Positions 1-8,996 of a DNA stretch of 40,974 nt are shown piece by piece (position 1 is the first letter of the stretch; each line of letters opens with the position of its first letter). Below the pieces are notes generated by a model, which was given only the letters and a program-made list of their open reading frames with translations, was not told the DNA's origin and ran no database searches. This DNA comes from a virus. Its lineage: Duplodnaviria > Caudoviricetes. The DNA lies in the IMG/VR virus record IMGVR_UViG_3300004241_000009, positions 1 through 40,974 of that record; one strand, given 5' to 3'. Position numbers and translations under genes: made by a program.

Positions 1-60
1 TGTCCATGCTACGAACAAGCTCAAGACTCGCTTCCTGAATCGGATTTGAGCCGTTAAGGA
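1..60. repeat. 60-bp terminal direct repeat (copy 1), indicating a circular assembly
   Basis: Bases 1-60 (TGTCCATGCT...CCGTTAAGGA) are identical to 40915-40974, and an ORF reads through the junction in frame. Confidence 0.97.
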
Positions 61-3000
61 ACGGGTTTTTACGCTTGGATTCCTCGCCTGTGATAAGCTC
101 CGCTGCGGTGGCTACGGCATAGCTAACAAAAGATTCAACACCACTCCCCAGGATGGCCACGCCTTGAAGCGGACCAACCATTGCGGCGGTGATAAACTCT
201 TCCACAGTCCATTCCTCGTCATCGTTCTTGAACATGGAGCGAACGACGGCGTGCATAGTCTGGAAGATGATGCCTGGAATGATCCAGTTGGCGAGGATTC
301 GCCGGACCACTTCTTCATTACCGATGCCACCTCTACGCCAGTTCATGATAGCCTCCCCCACAAGCCCGGCTTTCTGGCGAGGATCTGAAACGAAGATCAT
401 CACCATTGCTGCTAGCCCTTTGGTGTCAGCTTCAATGAGCGACTTGCCAAAGGCATTCACTGGCATGGATGTGCGGGTAACAATAATCTCTGTCTGCCTG
501 CGAGCGTAGGCGTCTGCCTGCTGCTCGCTAATGTCCGGATTAGCGTCTAGTGCCTGCTGGTAAGAGTCGCCATAAGCCATTGCTGCGCTAAAGGAAGTCA
601 TCCACAAATCCCAATACTTCGTGGCAAAGGTGCCATTCTTTAACAGGATCTCCAGGCCATCCACAGCCCACCATTTAGAGCGGCCTGCATTGGCGTTAAT
701 CTCGCGCATCTCCACGGTTCCGCCAAGCTCAAAGCGGTTTTGCAGGATGTTGCTTTTACGCAGCTTGCTCCAGTATTTAAAGCCATTCTTCATGGCGACA
801 GGCCAGCGTTGGAGAGGGATCTCGCTGAGGGAACGCACAGCCGAATCAGTGGACTTGATAGCCGTACCGATGTTGAAAGCCAGGGCTTTAAAGTTGATGC
901 CCTGCTTAATATTGCGCATCATCTTAGAGCCTTGGATAGCCAGCGCGGATTTAGTCACGCCTCGCGACATCTCGATTTCAATCCAGGCAGAAAGCGCGTT
1001 CATGGATTCCTCACCATGAGCAGAAACAATGGCGTCTCTGACCTCACTGTTCAGCATCACGCCCTGAACATCGCGGAGATATTCGGCCATATGAACCCAA
1101 TAATCCATCTGCACAAAATGAGACTGATAGACCGCTAGAGCGGACTCAATGCGGAGCGAGGATGAACGGGCATTACGTGACTTGATGGAGCCAGGGTTGA
1201 CGCTCTGCTTGGTAACGCCAGTATTCAGCGGATCAAGCGCAGCCTGTGCGCCCTGGTGATTCTTGAGCAAGGGAGCATAGAAGCGGATGCGAGGAAGGCG
1301 GGTGTTAAACATCCGCATAAAGACAGTGTTGGCCACTTCATACTCGGCATCGTATTCAGCCTGCATATAAGCTCTCCACGCCTTTGAATCCTTAGATAGG
1401 AACTTCTCAGCCTGATCTAGCGTTGTCTGGTCAAAGCCGTGCATCTCCTGTTGTTCAAGGATGCCCGGTTGGCGAAGAGCCATTGTGATATAAACGGCTT
1501 CCATCTGCGAAAGCTCAAGCTCCACGCGGTCGCCTTTCTCAATCTCGCGCTCGATGAATAGCTTACGCTTCCGGTTCTCTGGCAAGATTGCCCACGCATC
1601 AATTTCCTCCTGCCACGCTTTAGCTTCTTTGGCGGAATAACCAAAGTTGGCCGGGTTCTTTAGGATCTCCGCAACGGCTTCAACATCTTGCTCATCTCGC
1701 TTCGTCACGCGCCCTTTCGTCATCGTGATGCCCGTGTTCTTTTTCTTTATTTCTAGGGCGTTGATTGCGCGGTTTAGCTTAATTGTCTGCTTTGTCCCAT
1801 AGAGAGCACGCATGAAATCGCGCATCCGTTTGCGGCGGTCATTCTGCGTATCCTCGAAAGCGTTGGTGTTGAGAATCAGCCGCTCGTCGAATGTATTGGC
1901 GGTCTTTTCGGACACTCCAAATAAAGAGGAAAGAACGGCTTTATGCGAGAACAGTTCACGGGCGAACTTGTTGAAGGTGCCTTTAACCGTGCCTTTGCCT
2001 TTATCTTTGCCCGCCTGCACTGTGTCGGCCCCTGCTTTGCCCTTAAAAGCGTCAGCTTTAGCCTGTTCGATCTGCGCTTTCAAAGCCTGCTGTCGGTCTT
2101 TATCCAGCATCTTGCGAGCCTCGCGCCCCTCCTTCATTAGCTTGGTGAGGTAGTCGCTGGCGTTGGCCATCTGCTCTGCGCTAGAAGTCTTGCCAAACAC
2201 GTCACCAAAGATTTCAAGGAGGGCAAGCTTTGCCGTTGCATCGGCTGCGGATTCATCGTCTGGCGCGGCAGTAAGGAGCGCTTCCGTCTGAATGATTTCG
2301 ACCGAGGTGTTATCAGCAGTCTGCGCGGCAATACGAATGATTTCGTCTAGCTCATCCTGAACCGTAACAATGAATTTAGACTTTGGAATCTCTCCGCCCT
2401 TACCCTTCACGGCAGCGGCGGCAAGTTGCTTGTCAAGTTTCTGGCCGATGTCCTTGCGTAAAAACTTCTCAAGTTCTACGTCAGCTTCCACTACAATTCG
2501 CTCGATGGCGGCAAGTCTTCCCGCGTCAGTTTTGATATTGGTAAGTTCCTGAACGCCGTCCGGGAACACCTTCTTCACCACATCGGCGGGCATAATAGAA
2601 ACCGCTGCCCTTAATGTGCGGATAGCTTGGCGCAAAGACTCAGTGTCAAGCTTGCCTAACCCGCGCTGGATGGCTCCGCGCTCGTTAGACTGACGAAGTT
2701 CCAAGTCTCCTTTCTCGCGCTCCCATGCCTTATCTCTGGCGGCAATGCGGCGGGCGTAGTCAGCTTTAATCTTCTCAATATTGACCTTCGTTTCCTTCTG
2801 CTGCTTTGCGCCTTCAAGCTCAAAATCTCGCTCATCACGAAGGGCCTTCATCTCCGCCTGGAAATCCGCGCGGGATGCTGCGAGTTCTTCGCTGTATTTG
2901 GTATCGAGTGCAGCAAGCTTCTCGCGTGTGGCTCCAGCCATAGCTACAACGTCGGCATACTCAGCAGCCACCTTCGCCACCCGCTCCTTAGCAATCAGGC

Positions 3001-6000
3001 CAAGCTTCCGCCGCTGCTCTGGATTCTTTTGGAAGGGGTCGAACATCGCGGCTAGGCGTTGCTCTAGGGACTGGTCGCCTTTGGAGAGGGAGAAATTGAT
3101 GTTATTCGACTCCTCGTTAAACCGCTGGCTCAACGGGATGATGTTGCCGGATGCGTCACGGGTTACGGGGTCGGCGGATTTGATTTGGCTAGGTTCAAAG
3201 ACTGCTACGGCTTGTTCAGACGCGCCAATCACAGAGTCATAGCCAGCAGCTTTCGCCATTGCTGAAGTATCGCCAAGGCTCTTAATGAAAACCTCGCGTT
3301 GAATTGGCGTCGGTCCATCAAACTGAATCCAGTTGTCGCGGGTGACGAGAGTTTGCCAATCCTGGCGAATGCCGTCTATTTTACCCTCGTCCAGCGGAGG
3401 CAACCCCTTTATTTTTCGCGATGCCTGCACAAGAGAAATAACTTCGTCGATGGTTGCTGTCCTGACATCGAAAGGGTTATCTGCTTTCAGAAATGCAGCA
3501 ACAACTCGCGGGCCAAAAGACTCCGCCATCCCTTCGCTCCGAGTGAAGTAAAACGCCCGTCCAAGAAATCCAGAGTCTCTTGCTCTGGTGTCATCCAGCT
3601 CAAATGTCGTGAAGTCAGTTAGAGTCCCATGCCACACTGGACCCACTCTATACCCAGCCGCTTTAGCCGCATCGTCCACCATCTTCTGCGCTTTCTCCAG
3701 ATTGCCAGATTCCACGGCGGCGAGGTATTCGGCATCCTGAGCGGGAGTGACTTTGGATAAACTCATTCCCGCTTCTTCCACCATCCCTTGTGCCTCCTGC
3801 AAAATCCCGGCTTCCATTTGGTCTTGCATGTCGAGGCCCACGGAGCGGCGGATAAGCTGCTCTAGGCCAGCGTCTAGCCCGCCTGCTTTCTGCGCTTCCT
3901 GCACCATCGCAGCGCGCTTGTAGATCGTGCCTAGCTTCTCGCCCATCGCTTTAAGCCACTTAAAGATTTCAGTATTGGCTAAAGCGGATCGAAGGGCGCG
4001 GAGATGGCGGGTAACGTTTCTGTTTTTCAGCCTCCAGTTTTGGGAGGTCTTGCCATCCTCAATCGCGTTTATGTAGTAGGATTTAGCAAGGTGCGAGAAT
4101 GCTTCGATCAAGTCGCCGTCTGAGATTTGAGCGTCATCTTTCGTGCGAAAGAGAAGTGTCGGCTCAAGCCCTGCCGCCTGCTCTGCGGATTGAATTGCAG
4201 ATTCAGCTTGGCGCAAAGACGCAAGCATGGAAGGACGCTTCGCCTCACCGCTGATAAGATGCCGCTTAAGACTGACTTCTGAAATCTCTTCGATAAGGTC
4301 CGTGAAGTTTGCTCCCTGGAACAAACGAATCACGCCACGGCTCACGCCTTCGCGGTTCTCGATGTTGTTCATGCCCAGGATCGTGTAAACCGCGTCCGTG
4401 TCGCCTTCTGCCTGCGCTTCTTTCTCTGCGCGGGTGAAATCTTGGTCTTCAAGTTTACCCTCGTCCAGCGCGGCAAGTTGCTTCTTACGACCTTCCACCG
4501 CCTCAGCGGAAACAAGGCCGATTTGCACAGCGTATTTTGCATCCATCTTTTCAGGGGAGAAGACGAAAGCCAGCTCCTGCCCTTCCTGCAAATCTCTATT
4601 AGCCTGCGAGATGATATCACGATAGACCGCCTGAACGCGGAGATTGCGTTCTTTTGCATCCTGAAAAACTAAATCGTTAGCATCATCAGGATTATCGAAT
4701 GCCACGGGCGCGGAGCCATCAGGACGAGTGACAACCCACTGGCCACCAATCTTTGCAGCACGCGCCAAGTCTCCATTGTTGCGGAGGCTTTCAATCGCAG
4801 ACTGTTGCAGCAGGACTTTAGCTTGGATAGCCTCAACGGCTGCTTTGCGTTCCTGCTCAGTCGCTCCAGAGATGCCGCCTTTTTTGCGGTCATAGGCACT
4901 GCGCATTAAGGCATCTACAGCAGGCCAATCGCCTTCTTTTGATTTAAGAGCAATCTCATCAGCCATGCTAGGAGCGTAGCCGGAAGCAATAAGCGTGTCA
5001 CGATCTGAGCTAATGGCGCGGCCATGCTTCACGTCGTTCACTGACACCACGCCACCGCCGATAAGCGACACGGCCAACGCAGGGCCAAAGACTTGAGCCG
5101 GGATCTTTTCGAGCTTTTTCTTTTCGTCCGTCCAGTTCACGCCTGGGACTTCCTTGTCCACCTCAGCAAACAAATCTTGCACAAGTTTAGGCGCGATCTC
5201 CTGAAACACTTCTTCGGCAATCTCGCCGCCCGTGCCCGCTGCAACCAACGTGCCACCGCGAATGATGCCCGCCTTGATGGAAGTGATGCTGGATTTCAGG
5301 AACGAGCCAACGCCAGGGATCTTCCCGAATGGCAGAAGGTTGGAAGCGTGCTCAAGGGCTGCAATGCCAGGAGCAGCAACCAAAGCGATCTTGTCAGCCT
5401 TCGCGGCGTCTAAGCCTTCATATTCCAGCATCAGATTTGCGGCCACGTCATCACGGTAGAAGCTCGCCATTGTGGCAACGCCTGCGTATGGGACGGCGGA
5501 GGAAGCCAGGAGCGGACCCATGCGAGCAAGTCCAATACCCGTTTCCGCAAGAAATCCCTCAGCCTCAATCGGGCTGATGTCGGAATCCGCCACCTTGCGA
5601 ACCATGTTGGCGAGTTGGTAGTATGAGCGCGTGGTCTGGCCCTGCTGACGCAAAGCACTAGCTGCCTCTGGATTCACATCCTCAATACCGCCGCTTGCAG
5701 CCATCGAATAAATCAGGTCTGAGACGCCGCTTTCTACGGATGCGCCCATGCCTTCACTCATGCGCCCGAATGCCGCGCCAAGTTTGCCCAGGTAGGAGCG
5801 TTGAGCGTCTGGTGTATCTCCGCCTGTGGCCGCCATCGCTTTAATCACAATGCGGCGGTCTGCCTCTGGGATCTCCAAAAGCTGATCGGCTACGGCTTTG
5901 AATGCGTCCGTAGTTGGTAGGCCAGACTCCATCTCGCTACCAAGTTGGGCAGCGGAAGATTTGATAAGGTCACGATAAGGAGCAACGCGGGCCTCGGTGG

Positions 6001-6454
6001 CGTCGTAATATTTCCGCATCTCCTGCGAGTATTCAGGCCATTTAGCGCGGAGTTTGGACGCGCCAGCTTTGGTGTCGAATGCGCTCACAGTCTCAAGCAG
6101 GGGGCGGCCAGCAAGGGCAGCATTAATGCCATCCATCACAGCTTCCTCGGAGGTCATCACATGCTGACGAACTAGCCCGTGAATCTCGCTGTCTGTAATG
6201 CCTTTAGCCGTGGGCATCTTGAAGAAACCCTGCGCAAGCGAGTCCTTCTCAGCCTGCCACGTTGGTGTGCCTGCGTCCACGTTGCGACCAGACGCTTGGC
6301 TCATCCACGCGCTAATCGCTGCATTACGCTCAAAAGCGAGCGGGTCGGGGATGACCGCCGCAAAAGGCGATTGTTCCACCTGTTCAGCGTCTGGGAACTC
6401 GTCATCTACAATAGCGCGGCGGAGACGGTCTTGGGCTTCTTGTTCAGGTGTCAT
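1..6454 (-). CDS. Giant internal virion / DNA-ejection (large polyvalent) protein, 5' part; ~2,209 aa in total, continuing across the junction to 40739
   Basis: Translated by hand from ATG 6454, which overlaps the upstream stop as ATGA: MTPEQEAQDRLRRAIVDDEF... I found no stop down to base 1 (...EASLELVRSMD), and it joins MDKLPEKIEQ...GEND* at 40921-40739. It is the last gene of the virion block (T7 gp16 position), helical and Ala-rich. Confidence 0.9.
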   Translation of the reverse strand, partial: MTPEQEAQDRLRRAIVDDEFPDAEQVEQSPFAAVIPDPLAFERNAAISAWMSQASGRNVDAGTPTWQAEKDSLAQGFFKMPTAKGITDSEIHGLVRQHVMTSEEAVMDGINAALAGRPLLETVSAFDTKAGASKLRAKWPEYSQEMRKYYDATEARVAPYRDLIKSSAAQLGSEMESGLPTTDAFKAVADQLLEIPEADRRIVIKAMAATGGDTPDAQRSYLGKLGAAFGRMSEGMGASVESGVSDLIYSMAASGGIEDVNPEAASALRQQGQTTRSYYQLANMVRKVADSDISPIEAEGFLAETGIGLARMGPLLASSAVPYAGVATMASFYRDDVAANLMLEYEGLDAAKADKIALVAAPGIAALEHASNLLPFGKIPGVGSFLKSSITSIKAGIIRGGTLVAAGTGGEIAEEVFQEIAPKLVQDLFAEVDKEVPGVNWTDEKKKLEKIPAQVFGPALAVSLIGGGVVSVNDVKHGRAISSDRDTLIASGYAPSMADEIALKSKEGDWPAVDALMRSAYDRKKGGISGATEQERKAAVEAIQAKVLLQQSAIESLRNNGDLARAAKIGGQWVVTRPDGSAPVAFDNPDDANDLVFQDAKERNLRVQAVYRDIISQANRDLQEGQELAFVFSPEKMDAKYAVQIGLVSAEAVEGRKKQLAALDEGKLEDQDFTRAEKEAQAEGDTDAVYTILGMNNIENREGVSRGVIRLFQGANFTDLIEEISEVSLKRHLISGEAKRPSMLASLRQAESAIQSAEQAAGLEPTLLFRTKDDAQISDGDLIEAFSHLAKSYYINAIEDGKTSQNWRLKNRNVTRHLRALRSALANTEIFKWLKAMGEKLGTIYKRAAMVQEAQKAGGLDAGLEQLIRRSVGLDMQDQMEAGILQEAQGMVEEAGMSLSKVTPAQDAEYLAAVESGNLEKAQKMVDDAAKAAGYRVGPVWHGTLTDFTTFELDDTRARDSGFLGRAFYFTRSEGMAESFGPRVVAAFLKADNPFDVRTATIDEVISLVQASRKIKGLPPLDEGKIDGIRQDWQTLVTRDNWIQFDGPTPIQREVFIKSLGDTSAMAKAAGYDSVIGASEQAVAVFEPSQIKSADPVTRDASGNIIPLSQRFNEESNNINFSLSKGDQSLEQRLAAMFDPFQKNPEQRRKLGLIAKERVAKVAAEYADVVAMAGATREKLAALDTKYSEELAASRADFQAEMKALRDERDFELEGAKQQKETKVNIEKIKADYARRIAARDKAWEREKGDLELRQSNERGAIQRGLGKLDTESLRQAIRTLRAAVSIMPADVVKKVFPDGVQELTNIKTDAGRLAAIERIVVEADVELEKFLRKDIGQKLDKQLAAAAVKGKGGEIPKSKFIVTVQDELDEIIRIAAQTADNTSVEIIQTEALLTAAPDDESAADATAKLALLEIFGDVFGKTSSAEQMANASDYLTKLMKEGREARKMLDKDRQQALKAQIEQAKADAFKGKAGADTVQAGKDKGKGTVKGTFNKFARELFSHKAVLSSLFGVSEKTANTFDERLILNTNAFEDTQNDRRKRMRDFMRALYGTKQTIKLNRAINALEIKKKNTGITMTKGRVTKRDEQDVEAVAEILKNPANFGYSAKEAKAWQEEIDAWAILPENRKRKLFIEREIEKGDRVELELSQMEAVYITMALRQPGILEQQEMHGFDQTTLDQAEKFLSKDSKAWRAYMQAEYDAEYEVANTVFMRMFNTRLPRIRFYAPLLKNHQGAQAALDPLNTGVTKQSVNPGSIKSRNARSSSLRIESALAVYQSHFVQMDYWVHMAEYLRDVQGVMLNSEVRDAIVSAHGEESMNALSAWIEIEMSRGVTKSALAIQGSKMMRNIKQGINFKALAFNIGTAIKSTDSAVRSLSEIPLQRWPVAMKNGFKYWSKLRKSNILQNRFELGGTVEMREINANAGRSKWWAVDGLEILLKNGTFATKYWDLWMTSFSAAMAYGDSYQQALDANPDISEQQADAYARRQTEIIVTRTSMPVNAFGKSLIEADTKGLAAMVMIFVSDPRQKAGLVGEAIMNWRRGGIGNEEVVRRILANWIIPGIIFQTMHAVVRSMFKNDDEEWTVEEFITAAMVGPLQGVAILGSGVESFVSYAVATAAELITGEESKRKNPFLNGSNPIQEASLELVRSMD
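3090..3740 (-). other. ART-PolyVal-like ADP-ribosyltransferase domain within the giant protein
   Basis: Motifs DAEYLAAVESGNLEKAQKMVDDAAKAAGY-VWHGT...GRAFYFT...FLKADNPF...GYDSVIG.SEQAVAVFEPSQIKSADPVTRDASGNIIPLSQRFN match the ART-PolyVal pattern (HGT / xFYF / NP / GYD / VF.P.QIKS). Confidence 0.8.
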
Positions 6455-8052
6455 TGTGTGATGTTAGGGAAAAGAATAGGGAATGCAACAGAACCTCCGC
6501 CCCCAGGCATAGCAGGTTCAACACCTCGCGCAGGGATGGGGGCAAATCCACTTTGAGCTTTAACGGGTGGCATGTAGGAGGATTTGCGCTGCTGGATAAT
6601 CGGGCCTGCGGTGACTTGGTTAATCACGTCCATTGCCTGAGCGTCGTTAGGGTCTTCCGGCATGAGCTTTTTCAAGTCGTTCTCCATGCGAGTGACTTTC
6701 AGCTTTAGCTCTGCGTATTCCTTCTCTTTGCCCTTCTTGAGCTTACGGCCTCCAAGACCATCCTTATCAAAAAGAGCGACTTCCTGCGCCTTGTAATACT
6801 CATTGACGATCTTCTCGCCCGTGGAAACCCACTTGTCTTTAACACTCAACTGAGAGGCTTTTGCTTTGTCCCAAAGTTTTGACACATCGTCGCGCTGGGC
6901 GGCTGGGAGCTTGGCAATGCGGGCGTTGATGTCCACATATTTCATCATGGACTCTTTGTCGCCAGACTGGAAACCGTAGGAGTCAAAGTCGGCAATCTCT
7001 CCGCGAAGATCTAGCATGGAGCCGACAAGCTCATTAGCCGTGGGGGGAAGAGCATTCACGCTATCAATGATTTCTTTTCGCTCTGCGGGCGAGGTGATCC
7101 ACTCAAATTGAATATCCTCACCGCGTTTGATGGCTCCAGTTGCAGCCTCGTCGCCAATGCGGGCAAGCTCGCCACGCTGGAAAGTAACGATCTTGTTTGA
7201 AATTTCACGCTCCAAATAATCCTTGTCTTGCCGTGGCAGGTCGGAATCTTTAGCCATCTGCAAGGCTTGGCGAGGGTCTTTATCAGCAACCTTGAGAAGG
7301 TCAGACGTGACTTGTCCACGAACCACTTCACCGTTCAGAGTTTCGCGCTGCTCTGGCTTAATAAAGCCCGCGCCCTCCGCCTCGTCGTCAAGCATCTTAA
7401 CAGAGTTCCAGTCATCCATTCGGATGGCCTCGGCCCGCTGCGCCCTATAAAGCTGTTGACCCTGTTGCACGGCAACTTGTTGGTAATCCAGCTTTTTAGC
7501 CTCCACTTCCTCAGGCAGCATACCACCCGCTAAAGCGATTTGTCCAGCTTGCTCAATGCCTTGCAGGTTGGCAGATTGCGCCTCACGCTGCATCATGTTA
7601 TCCACATTCAATGTCAGCCTACGCTTTGCCTGCGATGTGGCTTGCTCCTGAATACTGAGGCTTTGACCTTGGGAGAATCGCCCGAACGTCTCAGCCAGGG
7701 CCATCTTGGCATCAGGGGAGAGGCGAGCTTTTTTCAACACCTCGGCTTCAAACTGAGACACGCGCTTATTCCACGCATCGCCCCATTGCTCCTGATCGTT
7801 CACCTCCGTCTGAAACTTCATCTGATCGGCAGTAAGTTGGCGCATCTTGCCTTCTAGCTCGATCATCGTGTTTGCATCGTTCGCCTTCTGCCGCTGCTGA
7901 ACGAACTTAACGCCCATCTCTCCCACGTTCTGCAATGCCTGCCCCCATGCAGCCGCACCGCCCCCGGCTTCAAGGCGCGCCGTCTGCGCAACCTGAATGC
8001 CAGTATCTACAAGCTGGGCCTGCCCTGCGTTAATGAGTGGAATTTGAGCCAT
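6451..8052 (-). CDS. Internal virion (ejection) protein, T7 gp15-like position
   Basis: 533 aa, Ala/Gln-rich and helical, N-terminus MAQIP; syntenic between the gp14-like gene and the giant protein. Confidence 0.7.
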   Translation of the reverse strand: MAQIPLINAGQAQLVDTGIQVAQTARLEAGGGAAAWGQALQNVGEMGVKFVQQRQKANDANTMIELEGKMRQLTADQMKFQTEVNDQEQWGDAWNKRVSQFEAEVLKKARLSPDAKMALAETFGRFSQGQSLSIQEQATSQAKRRLTLNVDNMMQREAQSANLQGIEQAGQIALAGGMLPEEVEAKKLDYQQVAVQQGQQLYRAQRAEAIRMDDWNSVKMLDDEAEGAGFIKPEQRETLNGEVVRGQVTSDLLKVADKDPRQALQMAKDSDLPRQDKDYLEREISNKIVTFQRGELARIGDEAATGAIKRGEDIQFEWITSPAERKEIIDSVNALPPTANELVGSMLDLRGEIADFDSYGFQSGDKESMMKYVDINARIAKLPAAQRDDVSKLWDKAKASQLSVKDKWVSTGEKIVNEYYKAQEVALFDKDGLGGRKLKKGKEKEYAELKLKVTRMENDLKKLMPEDPNDAQAMDVINQVTAGPIIQQRKSSYMPPVKAQSGFAPIPARGVEPAMPGGGGSVAFPILFPNITQ

Positions 8053-8056
8053 AAAG

Positions 8057-8599
8057 TTAGGTTGCGATGGAAACGCCAGACATGCCAGTGGAAGCGAGGC
8101 CAGATACGAGAGACGCCCCGGCCTGCGAACGGAGATTAGATGCGGAGCTTTGAGCCTCCTGCAAGAGGGTGCCGCGCTTGGTCCTTAGCTGCCAGTCCGT
8201 GAGGCTGCCTTGCGTTGACAAGTCGCCTCGTCGCTGCTGCTGGGCTGTGAGGGTGTCGGCCATGATGGAAAGAGGCGTGCCAGTTGTCGCTACCACGCCA
8301 GAGGATGCCAGGGCGGAGAACTGACTAGCCCGCTCTCTGCGCTCCTGCACGGACAAACGCCGCATGTTCTCGGCAGTCTCAGCGGCTTTACGCTTCTGCT
8401 CCATAGCGATAGCCTCGCCTTGTGCTTCTGCGTTTAGCTCGGTCTGTTTGGCTTGCTGCCGCTGTGCGTTAGATGACAGCACCGCCCCGGCTGCGGATGC
8501 GGCAAGGGATGCGTAGAGAGCAATGTAGCCCGCAGTAGTAAGGCCCTCAATGATTGCCAGAGGCATCATTGGCAGGTGGAGAATCAAGTCTGATAACAT
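8057..8599 (-). CDS. Internal virion protein, gp14-like (start may be ATG 8569)
   Basis: Hydrophobic Ala/Gly N-terminus, Gln-rich coil, ASSGVVATTGTPL motif and Gly/Ser tail, as in podovirus core proteins; synteny. Confidence 0.7.
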   Translation of the reverse strand: MLSDLILHLPMMPLAIIEGLTTAGYIALYASLAASAAGAVLSSNAQRQQAKQTELNAEAQGEAIAMEQKRKAAETAENMRRLSVQERRERASQFSALASSGVVATTGTPLSIMADTLTAQQQRRGDLSTQGSLTDWQLRTKRGTLLQEAQSSASNLRSQAGASLVSGLASTGMSGVSIAT

Positions 8600-8996
8600 G
8601 GCGAATGGAGATTGTGGATTGACGGTTTACTTCCCAGCCTGAACGCTCGGCCTCATTGCCTATTCTTTCGCCTATAAAGGCACGAATCAGGCAGTAATTC
8701 AAGCCTCCTTTATCGTTCAGGTTCTTTACCCATTGGATAACGCAGGCAGACAATTCCTCCCACGCCTCCCGAACTTGGGCAATCCGTAGGCCAGGAGCGG
8801 AGACAAGGTGGTCTAGCTGAATCACTGGAACGTCGAGAATCATGTAGGCCCAAATGGCGAGGATAGGATTGCCGTCGTACTCAGCCAAGAAGCCATAAGG
8901 AGAGAGAAGAGGCGTGAGAAGTTCCACGTTATGAGCTTCCGCCCACCCGTGAATCATCGGCATATCCTCATCAGTGATTTGTCGGACTAGAATCAT
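8547..8996 (-). CDS. Virion-assembly protein, gp13-like / GNAT-like fold
   Basis: 149 aa directly after the nozzle gene; N-terminal VRQITDED and C-terminal AERSGW resemble acyltransferase-fold patterns. Confidence 0.5.
   Translation of the reverse strand: MILVRQITDEDMPMIHGWAEAHNVELLTPLLSPYGFLAEYDGNPILAIWAYMILDVPVIQLDHLVSAPGLRIAQVREAWEELSACVIQWVKNLNDKGGLNYCLIRAFIGERIGNEAERSGWEVNRQSTISIRHVIRLDSPPANDASGNH

Noticed and set aside
1-60. Terminal repeat as a biological T7-like DTR
   Set aside because: It falls in the middle of a coding sequence, so it is better explained as an assembly overlap of a circular or permuted genome.
112-6708. Many short ORFs from the track on both strands
   Set aside because: They are shadows of the giant minus-strand ORF and its neighbour. 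The same applies to plus-strand ORFs opposite the capsid (13706-14725), portal, DnaB and amidase genes.
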